Below, piece by piece: positions 38,296 through 48,990 of a stretch of DNA of 64,000 nt. Source of the DNA: Bacillota bacterium (GTDB taxonomy: Bacteria; Bacillota; DTU025); contig JBMNJT010000008.1 of the NCBI GenBank assembly GCA_050951805.1, positions 224,001-288,000 on the forward strand. Reading direction: 5' to 3'. Below the pieces are notes generated by a model that did not search any database, was not told the origin of the DNA, and worked only from the letters and a program-made list of their open reading frames with translations. The stretch's first letter is position 1; every line of letters starts with the position of its first letter. The translations under genes and the position numbers were made by a program.

Positions 38296-40761
38296 ATGTT
38301 CGGATCTTTTACAGAGAGAGCGCAAAGAGTGCTCTACCTGTCACAAGAGGAAGCTCGCAAACTCGGCCACAGCTTTGTGGGCACCGAGCACATTCTCCTG
38401 GCGTTGACTTGTGAAAGCCAGGGCGTGGCCGGGCGCGCTCTGCATAACATGGGGGTAGAGCCGGAAGCGGTGCGAGACGAAGTTGAGAGCATTATAGGCC
38501 GCGGCGAGCCTGGCCAGGCGGAGATGGTTGGGCTCAGCCCGAGGGCAAAGCGCGTCCTGGAGCTTTCCATAGATGAAGCCAGGCTGATGGGCCACGGTTA
38601 TGTAGGAACTGAGCACCTTCTACTCGGCCTCCTCAGGGAGGGCGAAGGTGTCGCTGCACAGGTCTTGGAGAACCTCGGGGTCGATTTGGACCGTGCCAGA
38701 GCAGAGATTCTCGACTTGCTTGGTGGGGGAGTCTCTGGATCGTCCCAACGGCAGGAAGCTCAGGGGCAGGCAGGGGCCAAGCTTCAGAGAAGGAAAGGGA
38801 CACCTACGCTCGAGCAGTATGGGCGCGACCTGACTGCAATGGCAAACGAAGGCAAGCTTGACCCCGTCATCGGGCGTGAAACCGAGATTTCCAGGGTTAT
38901 TCAGGTCCTTTCTCGCAGAACGAAGAATAATCCGGTCCTCATAGGGGATCCAGGGGTAGGCAAGACAGCCATAGTTGAAGGGCTTGCGCTCAAACTGAAC
39001 CGGGGCGATGTTCCGGAACTCCTCAAAGAGAAGAGAGTGATCCAGCTCGACATGGGTTCTTTGGTTGCCGGAACTAAGTACCGTGGAGAGTTTGAGGAAA
39101 GGCTCAAGAAGGTAATAGACGAGATAATTGCCTCGGGCGACGTCATTCTTTTCATAGATGAGCTGCACACGGTGGTAGGAGCGGGTGCCGCTGAGGGTGC
39201 TATAGACGCCGCCAACATTCTAAAGCCTGCGCTTGCCCGTGGCGAGATGCAGTGCGTTGGGGCGACAACGATTGATGAGTACAGAAAATACATCGAAAAA
39301 GATGCTGCGCTCGAGCGGAGATTTCAGCCGATCCAGGTGGGCGAGCCCAGTGTGGAGGAGACAGTTGAAATCCTCGACGGCCTTCGTGATAGGTATGAGG
39401 CTCACCACAGGGTGAAGATAACAGACGGGGCTTTGAGGGCGGCGGCGGTCTTGTCTGACAGGTACATCACCGACCGGTTTCTGCCCGACAAAGCTATAGA
39501 TCTGGTGGACGAGGCTGGATCGATGGTTCGTCTGGCAGCGCATGTAGCTCCTCCCGACATCAAGAGGCTCGAAGATGACCTCGAGCGAGTCAGGACGGAG
39601 AAGGAGGCAGCCATACAGAACGAGGAATTCGAGAAAGCGGCCGAGCTGCGTGACCATGAGCAGAGTATCCGAGACACCATAGAGGAGCAGCGCAAGCAGT
39701 GGCAGAATCAAAGATACCTGGAGGGTGCCGTGGTTACGGAAAACCAGATTGCAGAGATCGTGGCTTCATGGACAGGCATTCCAGTAATGCAGCTCGAGGA
39801 GAGCGAGGCCGAGCGCCTGCTGAAGCTGGAGGATATCCTCCATAAGCGGGTGATATCTCAAGATGAAGCAGTCACCGCGGTGGCCAGGGCAGTCAGGCGT
39901 GCCCATGCAGGGCTGAAGGATCCGCGGCGTCCCGTAGGGTCTTTCCTCTTTTTGGGGCCTACAGGTGTCGGAAAAACCGAACTGGCCCGGGCGTTGGCTG
40001 AGGCGCTATTTGGAGACGAAGATGCCATGATACGCCTTGATATGTCTGAGTATATGGAAAGGCATACTGTGTCGCGGCTCATAGGCGCCCCTCCGGGATA
40101 TGTCGGGTATGAAGAGGCGGGGCAGCTCACTGAGAAAGTGCGGAGGCGTCCGTATTCAGTGGTGCTGTTTGACGAGATAGAAAAGGCCCACCCGGAAGTC
40201 TTCAACATCCTTCTTCAGGTGCTCGAAGACGGAAGGCTCACCGATGGACAGGGCAGGACAGTCGATTTCAGGAACACTGTGCTGATAATGACGTCAAATG
40301 TAGGAGCGACCCAGATACACCGCGATACGGTGTTGGGATTCAGAACGGAAGAGGACGAGAAGAATTCCTATGAACGAATGCGCGACAAGGTTCTTTCCGA
40401 GCTGAAACGCACGTTCAGGCCTGAGTTTCTCAACCGCGTTGATGAGGTCATAGTCTTCCACGCGTTGGGGCGCAAGGACATGGAGGAGATCGTCGATCTG
40501 ATGTTGGGAGACCTCAAAGCCCATCTGGAGCCAAGGGGCATACACCTGACTTTCACTGATGGGGCAAAGTCGCTCCTGGTTGAAGAGGGCTATAATCCAG
40601 ACTATGGCGCAAGGCCGCTCAGACGAGTGATTCAGAGGATGGTGGAGGACCGACTGTCAGATGAGATCCTAGAAGGAAACATAAGGGATGGGCAGAGCGT
40701 AGAGGTGAACGAGGCCGAAGGGAAGCTCGTCTTTAAGGCATTGGAGCTACAGCGGGAGTGA
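38296..40761 (+). CDS. clpC: ATP-dependent Clp protease ATPase ClpC
   Basis: Two Clp-N repeats, [11 protein letters not shown] middle domain, [18 protein letters not shown] loop. Confidence 0.97.
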   Translation: MFGSFTERAQRVLYLSQEEARKLGHSFVGTEHILLALTCESQGVAGRALHNMGVEPEAVRDEVESIIGRGEPGQAEMVGLSPRAKRVLELSIDEARLMGHGYVGTEHLLLGLLREGEGVAAQVLENLGVDLDRARAEILDLLGGGVSGSSQRQEAQGQAGAKLQRRKGTPTLEQYGRDLTAMANEGKLDPVIGRETEISRVIQVLSRRTKNNPVLIGDPGVGKTAIVEGLALKLNRGDVPELLKEKRVIQLDMGSLVAGTKYRGEFEERLKKVIDEIIASGDVILFIDELHTVVGAGAAEGAIDAANILKPALARGEMQCVGATTIDEYRKYIEKDAALERRFQPIQVGEPSVEETVEILDGLRDRYEAHHRVKITDGALRAAAVLSDRYITDRFLPDKAIDLVDEAGSMVRLAAHVAPPDIKRLEDDLERVRTEKEAAIQNEEFEKAAELRDHEQSIRDTIEEQRKQWQNQRYLEGAVVTENQIAEIVASWTGIPVMQLEESEAERLLKLEDILHKRVISQDEAVTAVARAVRRAHAGLKDPRRPVGSFLFLGPTGVGKTELARALAEALFGDEDAMIRLDMSEYMERHTVSRLIGAPPGYVGYEEAGQLTEKVRRRPYSVVLFDEIEKAHPEVFNILLQVLEDGRLTDGQGRTVDFRNTVLIMTSNVGATQIHRDTVLGFRTEEDEKNSYERMRDKVLSELKRTFRPEFLNRVDEVIVFHALGRKDMEEIVDLMLGDLKAHLEPRGIHLTFTDGAKSLLVEEGYNPDYGARPLRRVIQRMVEDRLSDEILEGNIRDGQSVEVNEAEGKLVFKALELQRE

Positions 40762-40800
40762 ACCTCGCGAGCCTCGATGTTTTGAGAAAGAGGAGTCTGT

Positions 40801-42210
40801 ATGAAGGGCGCGAAAGTGGCGTTCGTATGCCAGGAATGCGGCTATGAGTCTGCGAGATGGATGGGCAAGTGCCCGGCGTGTGACAGCTGGAACAGTTTCG
40901 TCGAGGAGCGCCGACCCGATGTTAGGGTATCGCGGCCCATATCGAGCGTAGGGGCCGGGTGGGGAGGATCGGGCGCGGTTGCCGCGCCGGTTCCTATAGG
41001 ACAGATATCTGCTAGCGGCGAAAAGCGCCTTTCCACAGGGATTGGCGAATTCGACCGCGTGCTCGGCGGGGGTGTGGTAGCTGGTTCGGTGGTGCTTATC
41101 GGCGGAGACCCCGGGATCGGCAAGTCCACCATACTGCTTCAGGCGGCCCAGAGCATAGCTGCGTCCAAAGGTGTCGTTCTTTATGTGACGGGCGAAGAAT
41201 CAGTTGAGCAGGTTGGCCTTAGAGCCGCAAGGCTCGGTGCCGGGTCAGATTCGCTTTTGGTGCTGGCGGAGACTGATGTGCGCGCGGTAGTGGAAGCAAT
41301 GGTCACGATCGACCCGGTTCTCGTTGTGATAGATTCGATTCAGACCATGGAAGATGTGGAGCTGGGCTCGTCTCCCGGAAGCATAGGGCAGGTGCGCGAA
41401 TGCACGAACCGGCTGATGCGGGCTGCCAAGGAAAGAGGGGTCCCTGTATTTCTAGTGGGCCATGTGACCAAATCCGGAGCCATTGCAGGTCCTAAGGCGC
41501 TCGAACACGTTGTCGATACGGTCTTGTATTTTGAAGGTGAAGGCAACCATGCTCACAGGATAATTCGAGCTGCCAAGAACAGATATGGTTCCACCAATGA
41601 AGTGGGGATATTTGTTATGACAGACCGGGGGCTAGCGGAGGTCGAGAATCCCTCTGAGGCACTGTTGTCGGAGCGGCCAGGGGGTGCGGCCGGCTCTGTC
41701 GTCGTTGCCAGCGTTGAAGGGACACGTCCGTTGCTCGTCGAAGTCCAAGCATTGGTGGCGCGTTCTGTTACAGGAACGCCGCGCAGGACTACTACGGGTG
41801 TCGATTACAACAGGACTGCGATCATCATCGCGGTGCTTGACAGGCGTGCGGGATTCGCCATAGGCACGGAGGATATCTACGTAAATGTGGCAGGAGGAGT
41901 CACGCTGACAGAGCCTGCCGCAGATCTTGGAATTGCGGCCGCCATCGTGTCGAGCTTTAGGAACATCCCTGCAGCTCCAAAGACAGCGGTCTTCGGCGAA
42001 GTCGGATTGGCCGGAGAGTTGCGCGGCGTTAGCCAGGCTGACATGAGAGTCAATGAGGCCAAGAGGCTCGGCTTCAAACGATGCGTTCTTCCGAGCCATA
42101 ATGTGAAGAGCATGACCAGACGGCAATTGGCAGGATCCGGGGTGGAGATAGTAGGGGCTTCCACTCTTAGAGAGGCATTGGAGGCGGTATTTGCGGTGGT
42201 GGATGGCTGA
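40801..42210 (+). CDS. radA: DNA repair protein RadA/Sms
   Basis: CQECG...WMGKCPAC, GDPGIGKST, KNRYG, Lon-like C-terminus GEVGLAGE. Confidence 0.97.
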   Translation: MKGAKVAFVCQECGYESARWMGKCPACDSWNSFVEERRPDVRVSRPISSVGAGWGGSGAVAAPVPIGQISASGEKRLSTGIGEFDRVLGGGVVAGSVVLIGGDPGIGKSTILLQAAQSIAASKGVVLYVTGEESVEQVGLRAARLGAGSDSLLVLAETDVRAVVEAMVTIDPVLVVIDSIQTMEDVELGSSPGSIGQVRECTNRLMRAAKERGVPVFLVGHVTKSGAIAGPKALEHVVDTVLYFEGEGNHAHRIIRAAKNRYGSTNEVGIFVMTDRGLAEVENPSEALLSERPGGAAGSVVVASVEGTRPLLVEVQALVARSVTGTPRRTTTGVDYNRTAIIIAVLDRRAGFAIGTEDIYVNVAGGVTLTEPAADLGIAAAIVSSFRNIPAAPKTAVFGEVGLAGELRGVSQADMRVNEAKRLGFKRCVLPSHNVKSMTRRQLAGSGVEIVGASTLREALEAVFAVVDG

Positions 42211-43268
42211 TGTCGGAGAGAATGCGCAAGATATTTCAGATGGTGGCGCCCGGAACGGCTCTATATGACGGACTGGAGAACATCCTTCGTGCGAGGACTG
42301 GGGGGCTAATTGTTGTAGGCGATACGCCTGAGATGATGAAGCTAGTTAATGGGGGCTTTAGGCTTGATGCGGAGTTTACCCCGGCGGCCGTGTATGAATT
42401 GGCCAAGATGGATGGGGCTATAATCCTTTCGGAAGACGCCGAACGGATCATGTACGCCAATGCCACCCTCACTCCGGATCCGGACATACCATCGAGGGAA
42501 ACGGGCCTTCGCCACAGCACGGCGGAGCGGGTATCGAAAATGACTGGGCAGTTAGTCATCGCCATTTCCCAAAGGCGGTCGGTGATTACGGTCTACTACG
42601 GACACACCAGATATGTTATGCGGGATATAGGTGTTGTGCTGGCCAAGGCCAATCAGGCATTGCAGACTATGGCCAACTACCGTGATTCATTGGTCAAGGC
42701 GCTCACGAACCTGACTGCTCTCGAATTCATAGAGGAAGTCACATTGGTTGACGTTGCCAGAGTAGTTCAGAGATACGAGCTTATGAGGCGGGTTGGCGAA
42801 GAGGTATCTGGCTATATTGCCGAACTTGGCACTGAGGGCAGATTGGTGAAAATCCAGGCTGACGAGGTCATGAGCGGAATGGCTGAGGAGGTTCTTTTCG
42901 TAGCTATGGACTACATGCCCGATGGAGGGCAGGTTGAGGCCGAAAAGCTGATGAATGAGATTGCCGGTTGGGCAGTAGACGAAGTTTTGGATCTGGCCAC
43001 CTTGTCGAGGGCCCTGACTCAAAATCCGTCTGCAACTCCTGAGTCATCGATGTTGCCAAGGGGATACCGGGCGTTGTCGAAGATATCTCGGTTGCCACTG
43101 TCTGTCATCGGAAACGTAGTTGAAGGGTTTGGATCGCTGAAAGCCATAAGGAACGCCACCGTCGAGGAACTTGATGAGATCGAAGGGATCGGCGAAGTGC
43201 GAGCGAGGGCAGTACGGGAAGGACTAGCCCGTCTCCGCGATCAGGTAGTGCGTGATTTGGTTATCTAG
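42210..43268 (+). CDS. disA: DNA integrity scanning diadenylate cyclase DisA
   Basis: ELAKMDGAI, ETGLRHSTAER, ISQRR; C-terminal HhH IEGIGEVRA. Confidence 0.96.
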   Translation: MSERMRKIFQMVAPGTALYDGLENILRARTGGLIVVGDTPEMMKLVNGGFRLDAEFTPAAVYELAKMDGAIILSEDAERIMYANATLTPDPDIPSRETGLRHSTAERVSKMTGQLVIAISQRRSVITVYYGHTRYVMRDIGVVLAKANQALQTMANYRDSLVKALTNLTALEFIEEVTLVDVARVVQRYELMRRVGEEVSGYIAELGTEGRLVKIQADEVMSGMAEEVLFVAMDYMPDGGQVEAEKLMNEIAGWAVDEVLDLATLSRALTQNPSATPESSMLPRGYRALSKISRLPLSVIGNVVEGFGSLKAIRNATVEELDEIEGIGEVRARAVREGLARLRDQVVRDLVI

Positions 43269-43325
43269 ATGCGGAAAATCTGCCCTGCGAATAGGCGACG
43301 GGGCAGCGATACCGCTCCCCCTCAA

Positions 43326-43721
43326 TTACGTCAGATTGAACAGGCCCAGCATGCGCAAGCGGTCGTGTTCTTTCATCATTATTTCGTCAAGATCAAGTCC
43401 TGTTATGGCGCATAGGGCTGCAATGTAGAATAACATTTGTCCTAATTCGGTTTCAAGGGCTTCCCTGCATTCTGGGCAGAGCTCGCCGCTGATGTGCGAG
43501 TTGATCATGCGTTTCAGGTCCGCCAGGGTCGCATTCTCCGGAAATTTCTGCTTCTGTGCGGAAACTTCCAGACAACCACAGGAAGTCACCGATTTTGCGA
43601 CTGCACGGTTGACTCTGGCCCCGGCTTCCTGAAGTTTTGACATTACGTCGAGGACGCTTCTATGACGGACAAGATATTCGGAGACCGTCTCTTGAAACTC
43701 GCCGCATGATAGGTCGGCCAA
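43326..43721 (-). CDS. Conserved hypothetical protein with four Cys and a MazG-like helix
   Basis: TTG start after GGAGGTGA; LVRHRSVLD..SKLQE, TSCGC, LCPECRE, ELGQMLFY; has its own consensus promoter. Confidence 0.8.
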   Translation of the reverse strand: MADLSCGEFQETVSEYLVRHRSVLDVMSKLQEAGARVNRAVAKSVTSCGCLEVSAQKQKFPENATLADLKRMINSHISGELCPECREALETELGQMLFYIAALCAITGLDLDEIMMKEHDRLRMLGLFNLT

Positions 43722-43780
43722 GGCGATTCACCTCCAAAAGCGGAAAACACAGGTGATATGGCCGCTGAAAATTCATCTTG

Positions 43781-43809
43781 ATTATACGTTTGGGCAATTG
43801 TATTGTCAA
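43781..43809 (-). promoter_or_regulatory. Perfect sigma-A promoter for the 43326-43721 gene
   Basis: Minus strand TTGACA-N17-TATAAT. Confidence 0.85.
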
Positions 43810-43901
43810 TCCGCTTCTCCGTGTGGCTGGATTATTTGTCTGCAAAGGGCTGTGCCTTTTTCACGGGGATGGCTGATGGTTGAGGGATCTATGCGGCGGA
43901 A

Positions 43902-43930
43902 TTGACTGCTTTGCCAGGCAATGGTACAAT
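43902..43930 (+). promoter_or_regulatory. Sigma-A promoter of carD
   Basis: TTGACT-N17-TACAAT with extended TGn. Confidence 0.7.
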
Positions 43931-43958
43931 TCAGAGAAGGCGCTCCGAGGAAGAAGGG

Positions 43959-44444
43959 ATGCAAGAGGTGTACAGTGTTGGTGACAAGGTGGTCTACCCT
44001 ATGCATGGTGCTGGGGTGATCGAGGCTATTGAGGAGAAGGAAGTCCTCGGGGAGAAGGACTATTACTACATCATGCGCTTGCAGATGGGCGACATGAAGG
44101 TGATGGTGCCTCGCGGCAGCGCAGATGAAGTAGGCCTCAGGCCGGTTATAGATTGTGACGAGGTTCCCAAGGTTTATGAGGTGCTTAAGGCTGAAGCGAC
44201 GCCGATGAGCCAGAATTGGAATCGAAGATACAGGGCGAACATGGAGAAGATGAAGACTGGGGATATCTTCATCGTTGCCGAGGTTGTCCGCAATCTTGGA
44301 ATACGCGACAGGGACAAGGGGCTTTCCACAGGCGAACGCCGTATGCTGGATAATGCAAAGCAGATCCTGGCGAGCGAGCTCGCCATGGTGGAAAAGAGGC
44401 CCTTGGAAGAAGTGGCGAACGTTATCGACGAGATACTTAGCTAA
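43959..44444 (+). CDS. carD: CarD family transcriptional regulator
   Basis: VGDKVVYPMHGAGVI, WNRRYRAN, LSTGERRML. Confidence 0.93.
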   Translation: MQEVYSVGDKVVYPMHGAGVIEAIEEKEVLGEKDYYYIMRLQMGDMKVMVPRGSADEVGLRPVIDCDEVPKVYEVLKAEATPMSQNWNRRYRANMEKMKTGDIFIVAEVVRNLGIRDRDKGLSTGERRMLDNAKQILASELAMVEKRPLEEVANVIDEILS

Positions 44445-44530
44445 CAGGAGCTCCACATACTCCCCGGGAACCCAGGGGAGACTAGACTATAATGGAGGGA
44501 ACAGCCCCCTCCAAATGCGAGGAGGTGAGT

Positions 44531-45649
44531 GTGTCAGTGCGCAACAAGATGACGCGAGTGCTCATGCTTGGGGCAGGCGTTATTTTCGGTTACCTCATTT
44601 ACCGCGCAATGCCGCAGACTGGGGCTGCCCTGTCAGTGGAAGGCGGGGAATTGCGAGTAATGGTCGGGGCGATGACTGGCGGCGGGCTTGTTGGTTTTGC
44701 AGTGGCGCCGGTGATTTCTAGATTCGGGTTATGGTTCGGCAGATATGTTGATGCCAGGATCCGAAAAGTGTCTACGCACGGGGTTATTTCGGGTGCTGTC
44801 GGAATGATAGTGGGCCTTATCATAGCTAACTTGCTTGCGATTCCGATTGCATCCATACCTGAGTTTGGAAGCTATATTGGTATTGCCCTCAACGTCTTCT
44901 TTGGGGTGTCAGGACTGATTGTAGGGTATCACAAGCGTGAAGAGATCATCCCGATGCTTGCGCCTTTGCCACGCAGCGGCGAAAATGTCCACGTTAGCGC
45001 TCCAGCTCGGGATCGCGGCATCGCCAGGGCATATGTAGGCAAAGCAACGCCGAAGATCCTCGACACCAGCGTAATAATAGATGGCAGGATAGCCGACATA
45101 GCGGACAGCGGCTTCATTGAAGGGACGCTGATTGTTCCCGTATTCGTGCTTGAAGAGTTGCAGCATATCGCGGATTCGTCAGATGTGCTCAAAAGAAATC
45201 GCGGCCGCAGGGGCCTCGATATCCTTAACCGGATGCAAAAGGGTCAGAATGTGACTGTCCAGATCGTAGACGAGACATTCGATGACCCGGAAGTCGATTC
45301 TAAACTCATCAGGTTGGGGCAAGCCATGGACGCCACTATTCTGACCAATGACTTCAACCTTAACAAGGTGGCGGAACTTCACGGTGTGGAAGTGCTCAAC
45401 ATCAATGAGCTGGCGAACGCCCTCAAGCCGGTTGTACTGCCTGGTGAGGAAATGACGGTGCACGTAATCAAGGACGGAAAAGAATCTGGCCAAGGTGTAG
45501 CGTATCTGGACGACGGCACGATGGTCGTGGTAGACGGAGGCAGGCGCTATATCGGTGATTACGTCGACGTGCTTGTCACGAGTGTGCTCCAAACATCAGC
45601 AGGCAGGATGATATTTGCCAAGATGAAATCGGCCGAGCGAGTCAGCTGA
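44531..45649 (+). CDS. yacL: PIN/TRAM domain membrane protein (YacL)
   Basis: N-terminal TMs; KILDTSVIIDGRI, RGRRGLDIL, TNDFNLNKVA, GVAYLDDGTMVVV, QTSAGRMIF. Confidence 0.92.
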   Translation: MSVRNKMTRVLMLGAGVIFGYLIYRAMPQTGAALSVEGGELRVMVGAMTGGGLVGFAVAPVISRFGLWFGRYVDARIRKVSTHGVISGAVGMIVGLIIANLLAIPIASIPEFGSYIGIALNVFFGVSGLIVGYHKREEIIPMLAPLPRSGENVHVSAPARDRGIARAYVGKATPKILDTSVIIDGRIADIADSGFIEGTLIVPVFVLEELQHIADSSDVLKRNRGRRGLDILNRMQKGQNVTVQIVDETFDDPEVDSKLIRLGQAMDATILTNDFNLNKVAELHGVEVLNINELANALKPVVLPGEEMTVHVIKDGKESGQGVAYLDDGTMVVVDGGRRYIGDYVDVLVTSVLQTSAGRMIFAKMKSAERVS

Positions 45650-45700
45650 GATTAGCTGGTTTCGCTCAACAAGATCATTCTCTTGCGAGGTGTAGCCAGA

Positions 45701-46990
45701 ATGGGAGCGCGACTGCGCGTTACCGCCATAGTGCCGGCGGCTGGATCGGGCACGCGGATGGGCCTGGCAGTTCCAAAACAATATTTACAGCTTAGGGGCA
45801 TTCCCATAGTGGCTCACACAGTATCACGATTGGCGCGTTCCGGGGCTGTTGACGAGATAATCGTGTCTGTTCCTCCCGGGGATGAGGAGGTTTTTGAGAG
45901 GGATATCGTAGAGCGATACTCCCTCTCTTCGTTATGCCGCTTGAAGGTGGTAGCAGGTGGCTCCGATCGGCAGCAATCGGTTTCGTTGGCACTTAGAGCG
46001 ATGGAGCAGGACCTTGCCTCTTCGGCAACTGGGATTGAGGGCAGAGGTGCGAGCGTTGAGGAGGCTGGGGTCGACGCTGAAACCTGCCACATAGTATTGG
46101 TCCACGACGGAGTCCGGCCATTCGTGTCGAAAGTTCAGATCGTTGCGGTTTTGGAGGCGGCAGCGGTTCATGGCGCTGCCACCTGTGCTGTGGCCCCTAA
46201 AGACACAATAAAGCTCGTGGGAGATAATGGTCTTGTTGCCATGACTCCCGATAGATCCGGGCTGTGCCTTGTTCAAACGCCACAGGCATTCCATCTATCG
46301 ATCTTGGCGTGCGCTCACAGGCGTGCAGAGGAAGAAGGCTATGTTGGCACCGATGATTGTTCGCTCGTTGAAAGGTTGGGGCTTCCGGTTGCGCTGACGC
46401 CCGGATCGTACGACAACATAAAGATTACCACGCCGGAGGATCTGGCGCTCGCAGAGGTTCTGCTTGCGCGGGAGGACTCGGATTGCCGAGGTGAGAGCGT
46501 TGTGAGCGTCGTCAGAGTGGGGCAGGGATACGATGTCCATAGACTTGTGCATGGGCGGGATCTGATCCTTGGAGGGGTACAGGTGCCGTATGAGAAGGGA
46601 CTGGATGGGCACTCAGATGCAGACGTGTTGACCCACGCGATATGTGACGCGATTTTGGGGGCGGCAAGCCTTGGCGACATCGGAATGCACTTTCCCGATA
46701 CTGATCAAGAATACGCAGGAATATGCAGCGTTGCGCTTTTGGAGCGCGTTGTTGCGTTGGCGGCCGATGCGGGCTATCGCGTCTTGGGGGTTGATGCCAC
46801 AATAATCGCTCAACGTCCGAAGATAGCACCTTTTGTGCCGCAGATGCGTGAGAGCTTGGCGTATGCGATGAATGTGCCTGTTGAGTATGTTAATATAAAG
46901 GGAAAGACCACTGAGGGGCTGGGGTATATAGGGTCGGGCGAAGGTATCGCGGCCCTGGCTGTTGCGTCGCTCAGCCCTGCGTCGAGTTGA
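45701..46990 (+). CDS. ispDF: Bifunctional IspD/IspF (MEP pathway)
   Basis: IspD: PAAGSGTRM, HDGVRP, QTPQAF, NIKITTPED. IspF: GQGYDVH, GHSDADV, GDIGMHFP, KGKTTEGLG. Single frame. Confidence 0.93.
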   Translation: MGARLRVTAIVPAAGSGTRMGLAVPKQYLQLRGIPIVAHTVSRLARSGAVDEIIVSVPPGDEEVFERDIVERYSLSSLCRLKVVAGGSDRQQSVSLALRAMEQDLASSATGIEGRGASVEEAGVDAETCHIVLVHDGVRPFVSKVQIVAVLEAAAVHGAATCAVAPKDTIKLVGDNGLVAMTPDRSGLCLVQTPQAFHLSILACAHRRAEEEGYVGTDDCSLVERLGLPVALTPGSYDNIKITTPEDLALAEVLLAREDSDCRGESVVSVVRVGQGYDVHRLVHGRDLILGGVQVPYEKGLDGHSDADVLTHAICDAILGAASLGDIGMHFPDTDQEYAGICSVALLERVVALAADAGYRVLGVDATIIAQRPKIAPFVPQMRESLAYAMNVPVEYVNIKGKTTEGLGYIGSGEGIAALAVASLSPASS

Positions 46991-47042
46991 CTCGGCGGAT
47001 CTGGCAAAAGTTATGCCATGCACTTTGGAGGGGGGCTGGACC

Positions 47043-48575
47043 ATGGCGATTAGAATCTATAATACCTTAACACGGCGTAAAGAGGAGTTCGTGCCTGTTG
47101 TCCCGGGCAAGGTGGGCATCTATAGCTGCGGGCCTACAGTATACGACTATTTTCACATTGGTAATGCGCGGGCCTTTGTGGTGCCTGATGTCATTCGGAG
47201 ATACCTCCGCTACAGGGGGTATAATGTAACGCTGGTCCAGAACATAACCGACATAGAAGACAAGATCATCAAGAGGGCTGCTGAAAGAGGTGTGGCTCCC
47301 CAGAATATTGTCGACGAGTTTACCACTGCCTACATAGAGGATAGAGAAGCACTCGGTGTTCAGGCTCCTGACATTCAGCCTAGGGCCACAGAACATGTTG
47401 GCGATATGATTGACATGATAAAAATCCTTGTCGAAAAGGGTTTGGCCTATGTTGGAGATGGCGATGTTTACTACGATGTCTCCAGGTTTGAGCCATATGG
47501 AAAGCTGTCGAATCAGAATATAGATGATTTGGTGGCAGGTGCGAGAGTCGATGTTGGCGAGGCCAAACAGGACCCGCTCGACTTTGCTCTCTGGAAGGCG
47601 GCAAAGCCGGGAGAACCCTCGTGGGATAGTCCGTGGGGGCCCGGCCGGCCGGGATGGCACATCGAATGCAGCGCAATGTCTACGAAATATCTGGGCAAGA
47701 CATTTGATATACATACAGGCGGTGTTGATCTGGTCTTTCCCCATCATGAAAACGAGATAGCTCAGAGCCATGGCGCAAACGGAGTGGCGCCGGTGCGGTA
47801 TTGGGTTCACAATGGCTATATCAATGTAGACGGCCAGAAGATGGCTAAATCGCTTGGCAACTTCAAGACCGTTCGGGATATTCTCCAGCAATACCCCGGC
47901 AAGGTGGTGCGCTATTTCCTCATATCCAATCACTACCGGAAGCCGATCAATTTCAGCGACGATGAGCTGCGCATGTGCGAAAGGGCACTTTCGCGATTGG
48001 AAGATGCGATTGTCAACGCGGCATTTACAGCGTCAATTGATCTGGATAATCGGGAAGAAATGGTGCGATTGGCGGCGGCAAAATCAGGCAAGGCTTGGGC
48101 GGATGACAGCGCTGAAGCCCGATTGGATGGAGTTGTGAAAGAAGTTCGAAGAAGATTCGAGGAGTCGATGGACGACGATTTCAATACCGCAGGCGCAATA
48201 GGATCGCTACACGATCTTGCAACTGCTCTAAATACTTATGTGAACAGGGAGATGCCATCGCCTCCCAATGAAGAAGCCCGGGTGGCCATCTCAGGAGCGG
48301 TGTTGGCTCTGATGGATTTGGGCGATGTTCTTGGCATAATAGATCCCTCATCCATGAAGCCTGCAGCGGGCAATGCGAAGGAAGATGAAGGAGAGCTGGC
48401 AAATGCGGAGAAAATCGTGGAAGGTTTGGTGGAGCTTCTTCTTGATGTGAGGGCGAGAGCGCGCGAGGCTAAGGAGTATGGCGTATCGGACATGATTCGT
48501 GATCGTCTCGCTGAGATGGACATAATTGTCGAGGATACAAGAGACGGGGCGAGGTGGAAGTTTGCATCTAAATGA
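47043..48575 (+). CDS. cysS: Cysteine--tRNA ligase
   Basis: CGPTVYD..HIGN, GRPGWHIECSAM, FPHHENE, KMAKS. Confidence 0.97.
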   Translation: MAIRIYNTLTRRKEEFVPVVPGKVGIYSCGPTVYDYFHIGNARAFVVPDVIRRYLRYRGYNVTLVQNITDIEDKIIKRAAERGVAPQNIVDEFTTAYIEDREALGVQAPDIQPRATEHVGDMIDMIKILVEKGLAYVGDGDVYYDVSRFEPYGKLSNQNIDDLVAGARVDVGEAKQDPLDFALWKAAKPGEPSWDSPWGPGRPGWHIECSAMSTKYLGKTFDIHTGGVDLVFPHHENEIAQSHGANGVAPVRYWVHNGYINVDGQKMAKSLGNFKTVRDILQQYPGKVVRYFLISNHYRKPINFSDDELRMCERALSRLEDAIVNAAFTASIDLDNREEMVRLAAAKSGKAWADDSAEARLDGVVKEVRRRFEESMDDDFNTAGAIGSLHDLATALNTYVNREMPSPPNEEARVAISGAVLALMDLGDVLGIIDPSSMKPAAGNAKEDEGELANAEKIVEGLVELLLDVRARAREAKEYGVSDMIRDRLAEMDIIVEDTRDGARWKFASK

Positions 48576-48990
48576 GGGTCAAGTGCGTGAGATGTCCCTG
48601 CTTAATCTGGCTTATGTTGGGGACGCCGTTTGGGAGCTTTTTGTCCGTTCGCAGCTTGCAGCTGAGGGCGGAGCGTGCATTCGCGTGAACGCTCTTCATC
48701 GTTCGGCAGAAGAGATGGTCAACGCCGAGGCGCAGTCGCAGATCGTCCACAAGCTAGTGGACTTCCTCTCTCCAGAAGAGAGAGACGTGGTGAGACGGGG
48801 CAGAAATGTGAAACCCGGGCATGTTTTTCGGGGCCCTGATCCCATAGACTATCGGTATGCAACCGGGTTCGAAGCCTTGCTTGGACACATGTATCTCGCA
48901 GGTAAGGATGAAAGGCTGCGCGAGATCATGGAGGAAGCCATGAGATTGGCTCAACAAAAGGATGGAGTCGAGGAACCAGCCAATGGATGA
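48562..48990 (+). CDS. mrnC: Mini-ribonuclease III
   Basis: LAYVGDAVWELFVR, VNAEAQ, RRGRN, YRYATGFEALLG. Confidence 0.92.
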   Translation: MHLNEGQVREMSLLNLAYVGDAVWELFVRSQLAAEGGACIRVNALHRSAEEMVNAEAQSQIVHKLVDFLSPEERDVVRRGRNVKPGHVFRGPDPIDYRYATGFEALLGHMYLAGKDERLREIMEEAMRLAQQKDGVEEPANG

